Positions 24,062 through 27,601 of a stretch of DNA of 27,601 nucleotides are shown here, one piece after another. How positions within the stretch are numbered: position 1 is the first letter of the stretch; each line of letters starts with the position of its first letter. The notes below the pieces were generated by a model. It was not told where the DNA came from and did not search any database. It saw only the letters and a list, made by a program, of their open reading frames with translations. The position numbers and the translations under genes are program-made. The stretch is from Halocafeteria seosinensis (lineage: Eukaryota), in contig LVLI01000242.1 in the NCBI GenBank assembly GCA_001687465.1, positions 62,001 through 89,601 of the forward strand, read 5' to 3'.

Positions 24062-25062
24062 CGTCCTCTAAATTTTGAATACACAGTCTCTTGTGTGCCG
24101 ACAGAATGACCCATACAACGGGCGATTTCCTTCCGTTTCTGATTGACGAAACTCTGATCCACCTCACCATTGTGTTTGCGTTTTTCAATATCGTCCAGAA
24201 ATTTAGAGACATACGTCTGTCGTAACATTTGTATTCCACAGCCAATGGTCGCTTTAAGTGTGTCCGAAAACCATCGGCTGATATGCGGTGTGTCTTTTTT
24301 GTTCAGGGATTTGGGCATGAACAGCCCACCATCTTGAAGTCCGGCCTTCTTCACATAGTTTCGGATGATGTATTGGAGTTCCCGATTGTGGATATCCACG
24401 GTATGTGTTCCGTAACTGTTGCTCGTTTTATGATCCCGACAGACGATTTGCCAATTCTTCAAATCCAGCCAATTGCCGGTGCTTGGGTAATCGCCATTGG
24501 AACTGATGCGGAGCGTGTAGATTTCTTGGCCACGGATGGGCGGTAAGAACCGGTATATGGCGACGACCACGTATTGTTTCCATTTGACCAACTTGAATGG
24601 TTTGCCATCACTTTCACGCTGTTTGAGGGTTTTCTTGAGTTCTTCAAACTTGTTAATCAGATCCTTCGGCAGAATACGGTTTCGGACTTCCTCGTCCGTT
24701 GGTTCTCGGTATTCATTAGCATTTGATTCCGTTCCCTTGGCTTTGAAATAGAACTTGCGAATCAAATCCAATCCCGTTTCAATTTCCTCTTGTTTGGCCT
24801 CGGAGCAGTTGGCTTTGATAATTTCCACCGTCACCAACACGGATCGGAAGAAGGTGGCGACCGTGTTGTCCGATGTATTGACTTGAATCCACACACAGAT
24901 CTCGTTGCGTTTGTCGTATAAGAGATCCACCAAGTCGTCAAAGGAATCGCCCCATTGGTCATTGAGTACCTCTGACACGACTTTTCTGACCTTGTAGAAA
25001 TATTGCTTCCCAGATTGCGGTTTTCGCCCTTCGCATAACTTGTTTTTGATTTGCTCTTCCAT
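24058..25062 (-). CDS. Tyrosine recombinase/integrase of the eukaryotic DNA-virus type
   Basis: Catalytic motifs in the correct order: LPPIRGQE (R), DHKTSNSYG (K), QMLRQTYVS (R of HxxR, with the His replaced), ARCMGHS (H), QETVYSK (Y). Intronless. Likely start ATG 25062, although the ORF is open to 25104. Confidence 0.85.
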   Translation of the reverse strand: MEEQIKNKLCEGRKPQSGKQYFYKVRKVVSEVLNDQWGDSFDDLVDLLYDKRNEICVWIQVNTSDNTVATFFRSVLVTVEIIKANCSEAKQEEIETGLDLIRKFYFKAKGTESNANEYREPTDEEVRNRILPKDLINKFEELKKTLKQRESDGKPFKLVKWKQYVVVAIYRFLPPIRGQEIYTLRISSNGDYPSTGNWLDLKNWQIVCRDHKTSNSYGTHTVDIHNRELQYIIRNYVKKAGLQDGGLFMPKSLNKKDTPHISRWFSDTLKATIGCGIQMLRQTYVSKFLDDIEKRKHNGEVDQSFVNQKRKEIARCMGHSVGTQETVYSKFRGR

Positions 25063-25141
25063 GATCGTACTTCCTATAATAGTACGACAAAGAATCCCAA
25101 TCATTTTTTTTCTTTAAAGAAAAGAAAAAACATAAGGAAAC

Positions 25142-25495
25142 TTAGAACTCAGACCATTCTATAGTGGTATTCTCTTTTGGTTTATACACGGGGTCGCCAT
25201 CCGAATCTGTCTCAAGAAAAAAGACTTCGTTCTCTAAAACATAAGGATGACACTGTTGGCAGAAAAGAAACATCAAATTCATTTCTTCGTATTTTATTCC
25301 ATCCACATAGAAATCATTGTCTTCGGATTCTGTATCGCTATTTTCCGAAATAAATCGGACGATGATATCATGTAAAGAATCGGAATGGAATGGTTTCCCA
25401 CAACACTTACAATCATATTCCGGTTCTTTCGGCTGTAATGGCACGGCGACCATGTCAGGAACGGTAATAAGTGGAATAAAATCAGGAGGATTCAT
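25142..25495 (-). CDS. Hypothetical viral-type protein with a possible zinc site (CKCC...CQQC)
   Basis: Intronless 117-aa ORF with GTATAT immediately before the ATG and two CxxC pairs. Confidence 0.6.
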   Translation of the reverse strand: MNPPDFIPLITVPDMVAVPLQPKEPEYDCKCCGKPFHSDSLHDIIVRFISENSDTESEDNDFYVDGIKYEEMNLMFLFCQQCHPYVLENEVFFLETDSDGDPVYKPKENTTIEWSEF

Positions 25496-25542
25496 ATATA
25501 CTAGTGGGTTAGAAATTTTTTTATATACATTCAGTATATAGA

Positions 25543-26133
25543 ATGAAATACATTGACCGCCCTCATGATGTACCGGATCAGTTAAGTCCGATCTGTCTGA
25601 ATATGGGTCGCCTACGCCAGATGAACGTCGGCGACCATATGACCGTCTATTCCTTCCATCGCAATTGCTGGGATCATTGTTTGTGGAAGCGAGAGAATGC
25701 GGGACAATATGTTTCCCCGTCGTTTCTGTTTCAACCAGACAAATATGACGTGGAATTCACGGGCTATACCACAACCGGTTGCCCCATGTGGCGACTACAT
25801 GACCTATACGAAGACATAAAACACGATGAATCGCCTGTGGAAGTTGATATATCTTCCTTCGGAGCCAAAGGAGGCTTGGGTTGGCGTCCGCTCAATGATG
25901 AAGATGGGGCGGTGGATATGCGTGATGCCAATTGGGAGTGTGATGCCGATGCTATGATTTCCGTGAATTATTTAGCCGACGCTGATCCCGAATATCGTAA
26001 TAAGGATATGAAACTTCACCATACCCAATTGCCCGACCAAACAAGTATCGGATGGCGTGGGTACATGATTGAAGCCCATAAACTGGAACATTTAGATCAT
26101 TATCTCAGAGTCTATTTGCCCGTGATTCGGTAA
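25543..26133 (+). CDS. Hypothetical viral-type protein (196 aa)
   Basis: Intronless ORF with GTATATAGA before the ATG, globular-looking composition, a C-terminal IGWRGYM motif and a hairpin after the stop. Confidence 0.7.
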   Translation: MKYIDRPHDVPDQLSPICLNMGRLRQMNVGDHMTVYSFHRNCWDHCLWKRENAGQYVSPSFLFQPDKYDVEFTGYTTTGCPMWRLHDLYEDIKHDESPVEVDISSFGAKGGLGWRPLNDEDGAVDMRDANWECDADAMISVNYLADADPEYRNKDMKLHHTQLPDQTSIGWRGYMIEAHKLEHLDHYLRVYLPVIR

Positions 26134-26138
26134 AAAAG

Positions 26139-26163
26139 AAATATATGAAAGCATCATATATTT
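26139..26163. terminator. Hairpin between convergent viral-type ORFs (candidate termination/polyadenylation signal)
   Basis: AAATATATGA-aagca-TCATATATTT, a perfect 10-bp stem between the stops at 26133 and 26168. Confidence 0.55.
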
Positions 26164-26167
26164 TCAA

Positions 26168-26545
26168 TCATTTTTTCTTTTCTTTCTTTTCTTTCTTGCC
26201 AAAGGAAGAAATCAATTTGTCAATCTGCGTTTGGGTGTCCTCGGCCAATCCATTGTGGAATTCTGAAGGAAGTGACAGTTTATTGGCCTCAATGGCCTTT
26301 TTCACCATCCTCGGGTTCTCCTCTTGTATTTGTTCCAATAGATACGCAATTTTCCGTTTAATGAAAATATCATACACTTTATTAAGCCGTTCTTGGATCT
26401 CGGGCGTGTCTCGTCCGATACTGTCGCTCAGTTTTAGTATAATCTTGCCTAGCGTATCATTGTCCTGATATTTGGCCTCTTTCAAGAGGTTTTCACGGCT
26501 GATTTTGGTCAGGTCTTCCTCCAATATTTTTGGTTGGTGACTCAT
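26168..26545 (-). CDS. Hypothetical helical protein with a Lys-rich C-terminus (possible NLS)
   Basis: Likely start ATG 26545 after GTATATAGG (ORF open to 26557). Ends KKEKKEKKK. Confidence 0.62.
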   Translation of the reverse strand: MSHQPKILEEDLTKISRENLLKEAKYQDNDTLGKIILKLSDSIGRDTPEIQERLNKVYDIFIKRKIAYLLEQIQEENPRMVKKAIEANKLSLPSEFHNGLAEDTQTQIDKLISSFGKKEKKEKKK

Positions 26546-26603
26546 CCTATATACCATTCGGGTGAAAAATTTTCATCCGAATAAACTCAGACCTTAAGAT
26601 AAC

Positions 26604-26828
26604 TTAGGCCGTTGAAGATCCACAAAAGCATACGATCTCAAAAAAGAGTTCGTAATCAAAGTCACAGTCATCCACCTCCTGTTCGGCTAGATCTTCGCAC
26701 ATATTCTGAAACTCCACCAATTCGGCCTGAGAACTGATGACATCCTCACACAATTGGGTGGATTCGCCACCGCCTTGGAAAAACGTCACTTTATAACAGG
26801 CCACTTGAAGACTCGTTCCCATCACCAT
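26604..26828 (-). CDS. Small acidic hypothetical protein (74 aa)
   Basis: GATATAGACC before the ATG, fits the gene tiling of the block, hairpin after the stop. Confidence 0.45.
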   Translation of the reverse strand: MVMGTSLQVACYKVTFFQGGGESTQLCEDVISSQAELVEFQNMCEDLAEQEVDDCDFDYELFFEIVCFCGSSTA

Positions 26829-26902
26829 GGTCTATATCCAGTAGGGCGAAAAGTCGTCGTCACCCCAGAAAATCGTACATCTGATGTTGGTACGATAACT
26901 AA

Positions 26903-27118
26903 CTATTTCTTAAAAACATTCCGTAAATCAATCTTTTCTATTCCGATTTGATGGTCTTCGTCTAATTGGTCTTGTAATTCCTCCAAATCATTGAAGTCAT
27001 ACTCGTCCCCGTAGGCGTGTTTGAATGATTCAAACGCTTCTTCATATGTTCCAAAGACGATCGCTTGTCTGTAGCATTCTAAATAATCCGTTAAGAGGTA
27101 GATATATTTATTTTCCAT
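26903..27118 (-). CDS. Small acidic hypothetical protein (71 aa)
   Basis: AATATAGA before the ATG, phage/virus-like small-protein composition, hairpin after the stop. Confidence 0.55.
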   Translation of the reverse strand: MENKYIYLLTDYLECYRQAIVFGTYEEAFESFKHAYGDEYDFNDLEELQDQLDEDHQIGIEKIDLRNVFKK

Positions 27119-27351
27119 TCTATATTCATGGCAAAAAAAATTCGCAAAAGGTTCAGGCGGACGCCTCAGGCGAGAGAATAAGGGCGGACGCCTCCGGCTT
27201 TCTAATCAGAGTGGATGGTCCGGGTGGATATCACGGCCACCTTCCCACTGTCCTGAGTCCGTCTCCGACGGACTCTTGGGGTGATAGTGGGGCGGGTGGG
27301 TACGGTGACCGACTGTCTCTCCTCCCTGACTATCCCCTCTATTATAATCGT

Positions 27352-27601
27352 ATGACACTCATGACAGAAATGACAGAAATTTTTAAGGGTCGGTTGGTTT
27401 ACTAATTAATAATTTTATTTTTTATNTTTCTTAAATCTCAACCGGCTGAAATGGAAGTGACATCTGTCATAAGTGTCATAAAATAAGGCTTACCACTAAA
27501 CTACCGAAATATTGGATCGTTTTGAGGGGGTCGGGGGTATGACACTTATGACACTTTCTGTCATGAGCATAAAAGACCGAAATGATCGGTCGTTTTGAGG
27601 G
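27352..27601. repeat. Array of direct and inverted ATGACA repeats with 9-bp spacing around an AT-rich core
   Basis: ATGACA at 27352, 27361, 27370, 27539 and 27548. TGTCAT at 27465, 27474 and 27559. AT-rich tract ~27402-27437. TCGTTTTGAGGG repeated near 27517 and 27590. Confidence 0.8.

Larger units (their letters stand above)
23700..27601. mobile_element. Endogenous DNA-virus-like element (Polinton-like virus/virophage/giant-virus related), left part only; continues past the window end
   Basis: Abrupt change to intronless, tightly packed short ORFs with A/T-run spacers. A tyrosine recombinase lies near the junction, with a shared upstream motif, post-stop hairpins and a repeat array. No capsid, ATPase or polymerase gene is in the window, and the left boundary is approximate. 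Confidence 0.68.

Noticed and set aside
24058..25062. DIRS/Ngaro retrotransposon or Crypton as the source of the tyrosine recombinase
   Set aside because: No gag, RT or RNase H of DIRS type is nearby, and the neighbouring retroelement fragment looks non-LTR. The motifs and the surrounding intronless ORFans fit a DNA-virus-like element better.
27025..27405. 126-aa plus-strand ORF
   Set aside because: Non-ATG start, antisense overlap with 26903..27118, and it runs through the repeat array.
27352..27601. CRISPR array or telomeric repeat
   Set aside because: The repeat units are 6-9 bp in both orientations with no unique spacers, and they do not form a uniform tandem telomere motif.

Overview
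This is a compact eukaryotic genome window, probably from a protist. A stramenopile is an inference from the desaturase type and gene style. Bases 1 to ~22.8 kb hold host genes with short (~55-90 nt) GT-AG introns. They encode an SMPD4-like protein, a ZIP/ZupT metal transporter, an EXPERA/TMEM97-like membrane protein, an SPCA/PMR1 Ca2+/Mn2+ P-type ATPase, adenylosuccinate synthetase, two tandem TM-dCache-TM-HAMP receptors with no output domain, a CvfB-like S1/winged-helix protein with a mitochondrial-type leader, and a front-end fatty-acid desaturase. A degenerate non-LTR retrotransposon fragment follows at ~22.9-23.6 kb. From ~23.7 kb to the window end the sequence becomes an intronless, virus-like block. 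It carries a tyrosine recombinase of the Polinton-like virus/virophage/giant-virus type near the host junction, several small ORFans that share an ATATA(G)-ATG motif and have hairpins after their stops, and a terminal array of inverted 9-bp-period ATGACA repeats around an AT-rich core that resembles a replication origin. Exon boundaries were derived by eye, and family calls come from motif recognition, not from database searches.
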